A stretch of 64,000 nucleotides of DNA. Origin: Eubacteriales bacterium. GTDB taxonomy: Bacteria; Bacillota; Clostridia; Oscillospirales; QAMX01. Positions 19,951 through 29,341 of the stretch are shown piece after piece. Location of the stretch: contig JAZUCL010000010.1 in assembly GCA_045639125.1 (NCBI GenBank), positions 36,213-100,212 on the forward strand, given 5' to 3'. The notes under the pieces were generated by a model. That model was not told where the DNA came from. It made no database searches and saw nothing but the letters and a program-made list of their open reading frames with translations. The position numbers were made by a program, and so were the translations under genes. The stretch's first letter is position 1; every line of letters begins with the position of its first letter.

Positions 19951-20871
19951 TTAAAACAGTGCCCTCACAAACTCTTCAGGATAGAAAGGAAGTAAATCAT
20001 CAATTCCCTCACCTACACCGACAAATTTTACAGGTACACCAAGAGTACGTGTAATAGACACAACTATACCACCCTTTGCAGTACCGTCTAACTTCGTCAA
20101 TGCAATACCTGTAATTGATGCCGTTTCCTTAAAGGCTTTTGCCTGATTCATTGCATTTTGACCTGTTGTAGCATCTACAACAAGAATTGTTTCTCTGTCT
20201 GCATCAGGCAATTCACGATCAATTACTTTACTTATCTTTTCAAGTTCTTTCATCAGATTTACCTTGTTGTGAAGTCTACCTGCCGTATCACAGATAATAA
20301 CATCGGCATTTCTTGCTTTTGCGGCACGAATAGCATCAAATATGACGGCAGCAGGGTCACTGCCTTCATTTTGACGTACAATATCAACTTCGGCACGATT
20401 TGCCCAAATTTCAAGTTGTTCTGCCGCTGCTGCACGGAATGTATCACCTGCCGCAAGAATTACTTTCTTTCCTTGGCTTTTAAGCAGATGGGCAAGTTTT
20501 CCGATAGATGTAGTTTTACCAACTCCGTTGACTCCAATAACTAAAATTACAGCAGGTTTTGTATTCAAGTTCAGTCCCATAATTGAGTTGTTGTTTCTGT
20601 TGACACCGACCATTTCCGCAAGAATTTTACGCAGTGCCTCTTTAACTTGCTCTGCCTCTTTAAGTTTTCCTTCCTTAACCTCATCACGAAGGCGATCGAC
20701 TACCTCAACAGCAGTTTCTGCCCCTAAATCAGACATAATAAGTGCTTCCTCAAGTTCTTCAAGCAAGTCCTCATCGACTATACGAAAACTCTTTACTACA
20801 CTCTCTATTTTCTCTGAAAATGACGTCTTTGTCTTTTCAAGACCTTTTTTGATTTTATCAAAAAATCCCAT
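19951..20871 (-). CDS. ftsY: Signal recognition particle receptor FtsY
   Basis: 306 aa NG domain; GVNGVGKTTSIGKLA, DTAGRLH, TKLDGTAKGG. Confidence 0.9.
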   Translation of the reverse strand: MGFFDKIKKGLEKTKTSFSEKIESVVKSFRIVDEDLLEELEEALIMSDLGAETAVEVVDRLRDEVKEGKLKEAEQVKEALRKILAEMVGVNRNNNSIMGLNLNTKPAVILVIGVNGVGKTTSIGKLAHLLKSQGKKVILAAGDTFRAAAAEQLEIWANRAEVDIVRQNEGSDPAAVIFDAIRAAKARNADVIICDTAGRLHNKVNLMKELEKISKVIDRELPDADRETILVVDATTGQNAMNQAKAFKETASITGIALTKLDGTAKGGIVVSITRTLGVPVKFVGVGEGIDDLLPFYPEEFVRALF

Positions 20872-20887
20872 TACACAATTCCTTTCG

Positions 20888-23800
20888 CTATAACTTCAAA
20901 TTGAGTTCTTTCTCAACAGAGCCAATATCAAGGCTAAGCACCTTGGAGATACCCTGAACAGGCATGGCAACACCATAAAGCACATCTGCCTCCTCCATCG
21001 TTCCTCGTCTGTGTGTAATTACGATAAACTGCGTATCGGTAAATCGTTTGAGATAACGTGCGTAACGCAATACGTTGACATCGTCAAGTGCTGCTTCAAT
21101 CTCGTCCAATACGCAAAACGGAGTAGGACGAACTTTCAAAATAGCAAAGTAAAGAGCGATAGCAACAAATGCCTTTTCACCACCTGAAAGAAGGCTCAAT
21201 ACTTTAAGTGCCTTTCCGGGAGGTTGTACTTTTATTTCAATACCGCTACCAAGCACGTCATCAGGATCGCTCAACTCTAAATGAGCACGACCACCGCCAA
21301 ACAGTTCTGTGAATGTTTCACTAAATATTTCATTGATAACCTTAAACTGTGCCGAGAATAGAGTTTTCATCTCACCTGTCAACTCATCAATGATAGCATT
21401 AAGTGACTTTTGAGATACTATAATATCCTCTCTTTGTGCAGTAAGGAACCCATACTTCTCCGATACTTGTGCGTATTCCTCAATAGCACCCGGCGAGATG
21501 TTGCCGAGGGCTTTAATACTTCTGCGAAGTTCGTCTGCCCGTTTCGTTGCCTCTTTACTGTTTTCAAGTTCAATGCACAACTCACGTGCCGTAGAACGAG
21601 TCAACTCATAAGTATCCCACAGTTTTCCCGTCAGATTGTCTTGGTCACGAGTAACTGTTGCAATTGAATTTTCAAAGCGAAGTTGTTCAGTTGCCAAGTT
21701 CTTTGATTTGTCATTCAAATCTTGAATAAGTCTCTCGTTCTTATTTCGTTCGGCCTCTGTCTGAAGTTTCTGCTCTGTCAACGTGCGTGATTTCTCCTCA
21801 AGTTCTATTAGAAGGTCATCAACTGTTTTAAGACGAGCAGTAAGTTCCTCAACTTCAGTACGAAGTGTGGCGTTTCTCAATTCAAACGCATCAGCAGACG
21901 CATTTCGTGTTTCCTTATCAACACTGACAGACTCCAAATGAAGTTTTAATTCTGTCACCGCAGAACGAGCACCACTGCGTTTAAGTTCGGTTTCCTGTTG
22001 TACTGCACGGCGTTTGTCTATTTCCAACTGACTATCTCTTGACTGTGCCGACAATGTTTCAAGTTCAGCATTAAGTTTTTCAATACTATCAACAAATGTC
22101 TGCTCTTCACTTACAAGTTCCGCCTCTGTTTTCTTGTGTACTTCAAGTTGTGCCGTCAATGTATCAATGCGATTGCGAAGGTCAGTACAAAGTGCATCAG
22201 CATTGCGAAAACTCTGCTCCATAAGTGACAAATGCTCACGTCGTTGAGTCAACTGAGCCTCAAGTGCCGCTACTTCCGTATCAAGTGTACGACGTTCATT
22301 TTCTGCCGTAGACAGACTATACTGTGCGGCAGTCAGTTCTTGCTCCAATTGACGAAGTGCTGTTTCTTCTTTAAGTGCAAGGTCACGATTTTCTGCAAGT
22401 GTTGCAGTCAATCTTTCAATTTCATTTGTACGGCTCAATATGCCGTAACTCTTATTCTGACTACCACCTGTCATTGCACCGCCTGCATTGATAACTTGTC
22501 CGTCAAGTGTAACAATGCGGAATTTATAACTGTTTTTACGAGCAAGTGCAATTGCTGAATCAATGCTGTCACATACTGCAGTACGACCTAAAAGGTTTCT
22601 AAATATTCCTGAATACATAGTGTCGTAAGAAACGAGTTGAGATAAAATTCCAACAAAGCCACGTTCATTACGCAACTGCTGCCCTTCAAGTTCAGTTCCC
22701 TTTATCGCTGCAATAGGCAAAAATGTAGCACGGCCGGCATCTCGACGCTTAAGCATCTCAATCGCCGCCTTAGCGTCCTCTTCTCTATCTACAACTATAT
22801 TCTGCATACCTGCACCTAAAGCGGTTTCTGCCGCTACAACATAGCGGTCATCAACTTTCATGAGTTTAGATACAGGCCCGTGTATACCGTTAAGGGCATG
22901 GGCTGACGCATCACGCATAACCATCTTGACACTACGATTAAATCCCTCATAGTCACGTTCAAGGTCGGACAATATCTTCAAACGGCTCGTCTGCTCATCA
23001 ATCTGACGAGTGATATTTTGAACACGGGTGTTTACCTCATCAAACTTCTTACGGCGAGAGTCAAGTTTCAGTCGATAACCTGACATTACATTGTCAAGGC
23101 GGTCGCACATACCTTTCTTTTCATCAAGAAGGGCAGATACTTGCTCGACCTTTTCTTGTGCTTCACTTAAAGTCTTTTTGTTTTCTTCTTCCTGACTGCC
23201 CACATCTATAAGTTGTGAATTAAGTGCATCAACAGATGCCAATACGGACGACATTGCAATACGACACTGTGCGATACGTTCACGGCATTTGAGCATCGAC
23301 TCACGTTCTGAATAAAGTCTGCCGTCAATTTGTGAAATTTGCGATGCAAATGTAGCACCTGTATTGATACTTGTCTCGATCTCTTTTCTAAGATTTTCTA
23401 TTTCTTGTGTCAACTGTTCTATTTCCGCTTCACGTTCAGCGATTGTTTCAACAATTGCAGTTTTACGCTGTTCGTAGTCACGGGATTCGCCTCTTAAGCG
23501 TTCCATATCTTCGCAGTTTCTTGCAATTTCAGCGTTTTTAAGACCAATCTCCGCTGATACTTCACCGCTTTGTGACTCTGTATCACGAATGTTGCTACGC
23601 AACTCGTCATGAGTACGCTCAAGTTCAATCATCTTTTCACTGAGCATCTCTCTCGTTGCGTGGGCAGACTCAATTTGTGTTGTACATTCCTCACAAGCGT
23701 AAGCAATAAGGTTATGCTTGCCTGTAAGTCTGTCCAATTCAACTTTCAACTCGTCAAGGCGATTCATCCAAAGGGTAATTTCAAGCCCTTTAAGTTCACC

Positions 23801-24457
23801 AAACAATGTATTGTATCTACGCTCTTTCTCCGCTTTGATACGAAGTGGCTCAATTTGTTGTTCAAGCGTTTCTATTATATCATTGACACGTACAAGATTG
23901 TCATTTGCGGCATTGAGACGTTTTGTAGCCTCATCACGGCGGTATCTAAACTTTGTAATACCCGCCGCCTCATCAAACACTTCACGGCGGTCATCGCTTT
24001 TAACCGACAAAATCTCGTCAATTCTACCCTGTCCGATAATAGAGTAACCGTCACGGCCAAGACCTGTATCCATAAATAACTCATGGATATCCTTTAATCT
24101 AACAGTCTTTTTATTTATAAAATACTCACTTTCACCGCTACGATAGTAACGACGTGTTACCATAACCTCAGTATAATCAGTCTTTAACGTGTGCTGACTA
24201 TTATCGAGAGTCAATGAGACTTCCGCATATCCAACTGATCTGCGGCTTTGTGTACCGGCAAAAATAACATCTTCCATCTTACTGCCACGAAGTGCCTTGG
24301 TTGACTGCTCTCCAAGCACCCAACGGATAGCATCGGCAATATTAGACTTACCACTTCCGTTCGGTCCTACAATCGCAGTCATACCCTTGTGAAATTCCAA
24401 GTGGAGTTTGTCAGGGAAAGACTTAAAGCCTTGTATATCTATTGACTTGAGGTACAA
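20888..24457 (-). CDS. smc: Chromosome condensation/segregation ATPase SMC
   Basis: Walker A GPNGSGKSN, long coiled coils, hinge, LSGGEK signature and Walker B CVLDEIEAALD. Start re-set to TTG 24457 (MYLKSIDIQGFKSF), 8 nt after AAAGAGG. The track GTG at 24466 directly abuts the RBS. Confidence 0.9.
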   Translation of the reverse strand: MYLKSIDIQGFKSFPDKLHLEFHKGMTAIVGPNGSGKSNIADAIRWVLGEQSTKALRGSKMEDVIFAGTQSRRSVGYAEVSLTLDNSQHTLKTDYTEVMVTRRYYRSGESEYFINKKTVRLKDIHELFMDTGLGRDGYSIIGQGRIDEILSVKSDDRREVFDEAAGITKFRYRRDEATKRLNAANDNLVRVNDIIETLEQQIEPLRIKAEKERRYNTLFGELKGLEITLWMNRLDELKVELDRLTGKHNLIAYACEECTTQIESAHATREMLSEKMIELERTHDELRSNIRDTESQSGEVSAEIGLKNAEIARNCEDMERLRGESRDYEQRKTAIVETIAEREAEIEQLTQEIENLRKEIETSINTGATFASQISQIDGRLYSERESMLKCRERIAQCRIAMSSVLASVDALNSQLIDVGSQEEENKKTLSEAQEKVEQVSALLDEKKGMCDRLDNVMSGYRLKLDSRRKKFDEVNTRVQNITRQIDEQTSRLKILSDLERDYEGFNRSVKMVMRDASAHALNGIHGPVSKLMKVDDRYVVAAETALGAGMQNIVVDREEDAKAAIEMLKRRDAGRATFLPIAAIKGTELEGQQLRNERGFVGILSQLVSYDTMYSGIFRNLLGRTAVCDSIDSAIALARKNSYKFRIVTLDGQVINAGGAMTGGSQNKSYGILSRTNEIERLTATLAENRDLALKEETALRQLEQELTAAQYSLSTAENERRTLDTEVAALEAQLTQRREHLSLMEQSFRNADALCTDLRNRIDTLTAQLEVHKKTEAELVSEEQTFVDSIEKLNAELETLSAQSRDSQLEIDKRRAVQQETELKRSGARSAVTELKLHLESVSVDKETRNASADAFELRNATLRTEVEELTARLKTVDDLLIELEEKSRTLTEQKLQTEAERNKNERLIQDLNDKSKNLATEQLRFENSIATVTRDQDNLTGKLWDTYELTRSTARELCIELENSKEATKRADELRRSIKALGNISPGAIEEYAQVSEKYGFLTAQREDIIVSQKSLNAIIDELTGEMKTLFSAQFKVINEIFSETFTELFGGGRAHLELSDPDDVLGSGIEIKVQPPGKALKVLSLLSGGEKAFVAIALYFAILKVRPTPFCVLDEIEAALDDVNVLRYARYLKRFTDTQFIVITHRRGTMEEADVLYGVAMPVQGISKVLSLDIGSVEKELNLKL

Positions 24458-24529
24458 TATGTACACCTCTTTCTGTTGATAGGTTTCAATCCCATTGTAT
24501 CAAGTCTGCAAAACCCAATACATCATTTT

Positions 24530-24558
24530 ATTATACCATACTCACCTAAATTTTTCAA
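24530..24558 (-). promoter_or_regulatory. Sigma-A promoter for smc
   Basis: Minus strand: TTGAAA (24558-24553), 17-nt spacer, TGG-TATAAT (24535-24530). Confidence 0.5.
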
Positions 24559-24657
24559 GTTTTATATCTAAATTCAATTTTATATGATTTTCCAAAGGGT
24601 TGCAAATTTAGATATTTTCTTTTTATGAATGTACTTCCACTCCTCTTTTTAGACAAG

Positions 24658-24694
24658 AAAACTCCCCTTGTGGCTAACACCACAGGGGAGTTTT
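24658..24694 (-). terminator. Intrinsic terminator of the 1406-aa CBM-array gene
   Basis: AAAACTCCCCTTGTGG / CCACAGGGGAGTTTT inverted repeat (one bulged T) with a 6-nt loop. A U-run follows on the minus strand. Confidence 0.65.
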
Positions 24695-24719
24695 CAAAAT
24701 CTCACACGTTTTTATTTGT

Positions 24720-27700
24720 CTACTTAATAGGTGTCAAAACAATTTCAGAGAAAGCAGGATTGGTACTACCTATGGGATTTTTATCAACTACTGTAAATGA
24801 CAACTTGTTTACACCTTGATTAAGGGATACAGTACCCATAGATTTCCATTCGCATACTGCTACCCAAGTACTCGAAGGAAGATATAAGTTTTGAGTTTCA
24901 CCTTGCTTAATATCGTTAAATAACATATCAACGACACCACGGGAACGAGCCTTGTTGAATAATACATCAACTGTATATTCCGTATTGGATAATGGTACCT
25001 CAAAATCGAAATCAACCGAATCATCAAGCGAAACAAAGAAAGCACCACCTGATGGAGACTGATAATCAGGATAAAAAGTAACGCCGTTTGTAATACTACC
25101 TGCCATAGAATATGCAGGATATATGTATTTCTCAGCCTCAATACCTCTCCAAGATTCTGTCGGCAAATAAGCACTTACCATAGGTGCGGGAGAATCAACG
25201 AACTCAGATGCCATCTCACGGTCAAATCTAAACTCAAGTTGTGAGCCGTATGACAGACAGTTTCTTGAATTGATTGTCGTATCATAAGCAATAGGCTTTG
25301 TAGCACCGTTTTCACTCAACAAAATTGAATTACCTGTTGTAAGGTTAACAAATGTTGCATTGTTTTCCTCGTCAATCCTCCATGCGGTAACTTCAGAGTT
25401 AGTATCCTCAACATCTTCACGATTGAAACGAGGATCATCGATTACCTTCAATTCGTAAGTTGCTCTGTATATTTCGCCACACTTAACATCAAACGGAAAT
25501 TCTATACCCTTTGCAAGTTGAGCAGGAGTAACTGTGTAGACAACATCTTTGTCAGGGTCTACGTGCCAATCATCTGTCATACTGTCAGGAGGTGTAACAC
25601 GAGAGAAACGAATATTCAACTCTGTCGGAATCTCAAATCCGTACTCAGGTATTGTGTCAGAGAAACGAACTGCTGTCAAATCTCCACTTGTTGGTGTAAA
25701 GAATGTAGTGAATGGAAGAACTGCACCTGCTGCAGGTGTTCCGTCATAAACCTTAACCATTCTGAGGAACATTGTATTTTGGAAATTGCCAAAAGTGAAA
25801 GGATATTCTCTGTAAATATCTTCCCATGCCTCAAGTGCTGCACTAATGTCAACACCTGCTTTGTAGAGATATGCCGCATTGAGTGCACCCTCACCGATAC
25901 AACTAGCTTCATGGGAAACATTCTTACGCCAATTCTCCGCCACAAACTCTGCGCTGTCATACCAAAATCTTCTGTCAAATGAATACTCACGAACAAGGAA
26001 CCACAGACAACCACGACCAAATTCAAGTAATTGTTCACGAAGTACAGGATCTTTCTCGTAGTAGCCTACCATCGTTGCTGCTGAACCACAGTGTGCAACA
26101 ACATTGTCAACTGCGTCAGTTACATTGTTGCCAACAGATAGACCTGTGGGGCTATACTCTGTCCAGTAGTACTTTTGACCATTCCATTCACCTGTATGGA
26201 AACCGTAACGTGGGAACTGGTAGTAAACAAACTCTCGAGCCATGTCAAGGTATTTTTCATCACCGAACAATTCATAGGCTCTTACAAGGGATGTAACATT
26301 CAAAGAATTGGTATGGTGATCGCCTTCATGGTATGTCCACGTATATCCCGGCACGTCTTTCCATATCCAGTCAAAGATAGTGAACGCACCACGCCATTCA
26401 AGGCGAGGAACATATTTGTTTTCAGCATTTGGATCGCTCGTGTAATAGTCTTCAACGAAGGCATTTCTTCCGCCCTCTTTCCACTGTGAGTAATCCAAAT
26501 AGGTGAGAAGTTCTTTTGCTCTCGTTGAAAAATACTCATTACCGGTCATAACGTAATTGGGTAGATAATTGAGTCGAACATAGTCAAACTCTCTACGTGG
26601 AGCATACGTATCGGTATAGCCTGTGTGAGGAGACATTATCGGTCTGCCTACGATTGATGGGTCAATAACTTTTGCAGGCATGCCGGTAGCTGACATACCA
26701 AGAGAGCCTTCAATTACAGGCAATGCTTCATCATCTTTAATAACCGTTGGAGCAGCATTAAGTGCAAAGCCTCTTTCCTGACCGCCTGTATTTCCAAAGA
26801 ACGCTGTGCGGAAGAAAGGTTCTGTCCAAAGGTTAGGTACTTCAGTTGCACGTTCCTTAGCAGGAACGAACAGATTCCAGAACTCCTGCGGATCGTCATT
26901 TGTGGGATCATCATCTTCCGGAGCGTAAAAACTTTCAGTAATATCAACTACATTTGTTACGTAGTGCTTATGACCATCAGCATCAGTAAGATACTGACCT
27001 AAAGTCATATCGTCAAACCATACTGTGCCGGCACCATTTTCAATGCCAAGGATAATAGCACACTTTACGGCTCCCATAGGAGTAGATTCTATCTCCATTT
27101 GTCCTTTTGTCCATTCAGTAGATGGAACTAAAGTCTTGCTGAAGGAAGAAATGAAGTTGTCATTTTTGTCATACCACATAAACTTCAAGTATGGATTTCC
27201 TACCATATTTGCTGTCTTGTAGTTAACCGCTAGTTCTACTGTTCTTGCCCCAGTAGCAGCAACATTAAATTGAGTAGCAGTAACCTTCTGCGTGTCATCA
27301 GATACGGACAAACGAAGTGACTGATTTCCACCGCACTTTTCATTCCTATCATATCTAGCACTACTTCCAACACCTGAAGCGGAAAATGTCCATGCGGAAC
27401 TGTTTTCAAAATCAAAGTTGTAAGGGGTACGAACGCTGCCGGTCATTGTCATAGGAACAGTAACCGGTCCAAAAGTTATGTCATCGAACCATAATGTACC
27501 GGAAGTTGCTTCAATGTCAGGATAGATGGTTACAGATTCTGCACCATCAGGGGGCATTACCTCATAAGTCAAACGAACCCACTTAGGCTCATCTTTTTCG
27601 ACATATACACTTGTACTTGCAATACCAGCACCATCAGCGTCATTCCAGTTGACACGAATGTAAGGTGATTCGTCAACATCTACTGCACGATACCATGCAC

Positions 27701-28940
27701 TCAAACGATATACTAACTTATCCTCAGAATTAAGTTGCAAACGTGCCTGCTGTGCAAAGGCTCTACCTTTTGATGTCAAGGAGAGTTTTGCACTGCGATT
27801 ACCAGTATGTGCTTCGGTTGTGTCGTAGGTGGCACTTCCTCCACCCTCTCCATACAATCTCCAGTTCGCATCGGACTCAAAACTTGAGTTATTAACAATA
27901 TTTATTCCGGTTTCAAAACTACTATCAGTCTTTTCGCAAACAGAAATGTCATCAAACCAAACGCTTGTGCCTCTGTCGGCAAGTGTGGTTATGAATAACT
28001 TCATGGCAGGTACATATTGAGGTACTGTATACTCTACCTTATACTCACTCCACTGACTTGCTACTGTTCCTGTCTCGGCAGTCATGCTCTCAATTTCTGT
28101 GCCTATTTCGCCGCCACCTAAATATGTAAGGCCCTTAATTACAGGACGAGCATTTGCGGAAGTCGACATATAATTAAGACTAATTTCATAAGTCTTGCCA
28201 GGCGTTACAAAAATACCATCTTGGGAAAATCCTACATTATTCTCGCTTGGATTACCATTTGTGGCTGTAATCTTCATTGAACCATTGCCGACAGTTGAGT
28301 CGTACGATACAGTACCATAGCCATTAGAACTCAGTGCCCACATGGAAGCATCTGAATCAAATTCGCCATTCTTTATATGGTTGCCTTCTACCAATGTAGG
28401 ACCTTGTATAGAAATAGAATCTATCCATACAGTTGCGTCAACATTACCGCTTGAGAAAGCAACTTCAATGAATGTGGCGGTAGGTGCGGCAGTGTATACG
28501 AGCGTCAATTCATTCCAAGTATTAATTGAAAACGACTGGTTAGCACTTGCACTCATAGTTGCATCAAGACAAGTTGCTCCGTTATAAGACGTTGCTGAAA
28601 TCATTGGATTTGCCGATGAATCGCTCACCTTAACATTTGCACGGATGGTGTATGTCTCACCACCAATGGCAGGAATATACCTTTGACGTACTACAGAAGA
28701 AACACCCTCCAATTTAAGTGAAGCAGTACCTGAATAAGTTACGCTGTCATCAAGAGACGCATTGCCCGACACTTTTATCCAACCCACTGGCATACCATCT
28801 CCTACACCCTCAAAACTTGAGTTTGCAGGTGTTGTTGAGTTGAACATTGACGATATTGTAACTATACCAAGTGATAATGCTGCCAACATTAGTACAATTA
28901 GTGCCGTTTTTGTAATTCTCTTTTTGAAAATTTTCATCAT
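24720..28940 (-). CDS. Secreted multidomain glycan-binding or glycan-active protein with no SLH anchor. Signal peptide, 4 CBM4/9/22-like jelly-roll modules, a ~615-aa aromatic-rich central domain of unassigned family, and a C-terminal CBM-like module.
   Basis: The N-terminus MMKIFKKRITKTALIVLMLAALSLG is signal-like. Modules start with N-[GS]-x-F-E...W and end with (V/L)W(I/F)DD(I/M)(S/T), as in CBM_4_9-type domains. The central region is rich in W/Y and is near-identical to its paralog. Confidence 0.7.
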   Translation of the reverse strand: MMKIFKKRITKTALIVLMLAALSLGIVTISSMFNSTTPANSSFEGVGDGMPVGWIKVSGNASLDDSVTYSGTASLKLEGVSSVVRQRYIPAIGGETYTIRANVKVSDSSANPMISATSYNGATCLDATMSASANQSFSINTWNELTLVYTAAPTATFIEVAFSSGNVDATVWIDSISIQGPTLVEGNHIKNGEFDSDASMWALSSNGYGTVSYDSTVGNGSMKITATNGNPSENNVGFSQDGIFVTPGKTYEISLNYMSTSANARPVIKGLTYLGGGEIGTEIESMTAETGTVASQWSEYKVEYTVPQYVPAMKLFITTLADRGTSVWFDDISVCEKTDSSFETGINIVNNSSFESDANWRLYGEGGGSATYDTTEAHTGNRSAKLSLTSKGRAFAQQARLQLNSEDKLVYRLSAWYRAVDVDESPYIRVNWNDADGAGIASTSVYVEKDEPKWVRLTYEVMPPDGAESVTIYPDIEATSGTLWFDDITFGPVTVPMTMTGSVRTPYNFDFENSSAWTFSASGVGSSARYDRNEKCGGNQSLRLSVSDDTQKVTATQFNVAATGARTVELAVNYKTANMVGNPYLKFMWYDKNDNFISSFSKTLVPSTEWTKGQMEIESTPMGAVKCAIILGIENGAGTVWFDDMTLGQYLTDADGHKHYVTNVVDITESFYAPEDDDPTNDDPQEFWNLFVPAKERATEVPNLWTEPFFRTAFFGNTGGQERGFALNAAPTVIKDDEALPVIEGSLGMSATGMPAKVIDPSIVGRPIMSPHTGYTDTYAPRREFDYVRLNYLPNYVMTGNEYFSTRAKELLTYLDYSQWKEGGRNAFVEDYYTSDPNAENKYVPRLEWRGAFTIFDWIWKDVPGYTWTYHEGDHHTNSLNVTSLVRAYELFGDEKYLDMAREFVYYQFPRYGFHTGEWNGQKYYWTEYSPTGLSVGNNVTDAVDNVVAHCGSAATMVGYYEKDPVLREQLLEFGRGCLWFLVREYSFDRRFWYDSAEFVAENWRKNVSHEASCIGEGALNAAYLYKAGVDISAALEAWEDIYREYPFTFGNFQNTMFLRMVKVYDGTPAAGAVLPFTTFFTPTSGDLTAVRFSDTIPEYGFEIPTELNIRFSRVTPPDSMTDDWHVDPDKDVVYTVTPAQLAKGIEFPFDVKCGEIYRATYELKVIDDPRFNREDVEDTNSEVTAWRIDEENNATFVNLTTGNSILLSENGATKPIAYDTTINSRNCLSYGSQLEFRFDREMASEFVDSPAPMVSAYLPTESWRGIEAEKYIYPAYSMAGSITNGVTFYPDYQSPSGGAFFVSLDDSVDFDFEVPLSNTEYTVDVLFNKARSRGVVDMLFNDIKQGETQNLYLPSSTWVAVCEWKSMGTVSLNQGVNKLSFTVVDKNPIGSTNPAFSEIVLTPIK
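24730..27236. repeat. Copy A of a ~2.5-kb high-identity direct repeat (partner 30237-32737)
   Basis: Base-by-base comparison shows long identical runs. Shadow ORFs recur at offset +5507 (24860/30367, 25549/31056) and then +5501 (26300/31801, 26714/32215, 27025/32526), which implies an in-frame 6-nt indel. Confidence 0.85.
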
Positions 28941-28991
28941 GTAATATCATTTCCTTCTCACAAAATAAAAAGTTAATCTTTCACTTAATAT

Positions 28992-29020
28992 ATTATAACT
29001 TAAAATAATGATAATTACAA
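28992..29020 (-). promoter_or_regulatory. Candidate promoter of the 1406-aa gene
   Basis: Minus strand: TTGTAA (29020-29015), 17-nt spacer, TATAAT (28997-28992). The -35 lies inside the proximal copy of a 21-bp tandem repeat. Confidence 0.45.
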
Positions 29021-29050
29021 TGTGTTTTTTGATAATTACAATGTGTTTTT
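29010..29050. repeat. Two tandem copies of GATAATTACAATGTGTTTTT(T)
   Basis: Read directly: 29010-29030 and 29031-29050, period 21 bp, identical over 20 nt. Confidence 0.9.
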
Positions 29051-29263
29051 ATTTTTTTCAAAACAATTGGTTAATCCGGTTATTTGCCCTAAAACTATAT
29101 GTGTTTGTTACTACCTATTTATACCTACTTTATTGATATTCTTTTATATCCCCTACTTCGTTACTCTCGTGATTGACTCGACTTTCCTTGCATTAGGAGA
29201 TATTTTGTAGAGTGTCAAAAAGACTCTTTTGAACTAACATTTTACAGGAGGCTTCATTATGCA

Positions 29264-29298
29264 GAAACTCCTCTGCGGCTGACACCGCAGAGGAGTTC
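29264..29298 (-). terminator. Hairpin downstream of the 1997-aa gene (weak U-tract)
   Basis: AACTCCTCTGCGG-CTGACA-CCGCAGAGGAGTT. Its architecture resembles the hairpin at 24658-24694. Confidence 0.45.
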
Positions 29299-29341
29299 TA
29301 AATAAAAATGAGAGAGAAAAAAGGAAGTTTGCTATTATATA

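Noticed and set aside
21410-24084. Several 85-156-aa ORFs on both strands within smc
   Set aside because: All are nested in the 1189-codon smc gene. They are shadows of coiled-coil codon bias.
29022-29210. 62-aa + strand ORF in the intergenic region between the two giant genes
   Set aside because: It starts inside the 21-bp tandem repeat and is AT-rich, low-complexity and Phe/Leu-rich, with no RBS. The region is better explained as promoter/terminator space.
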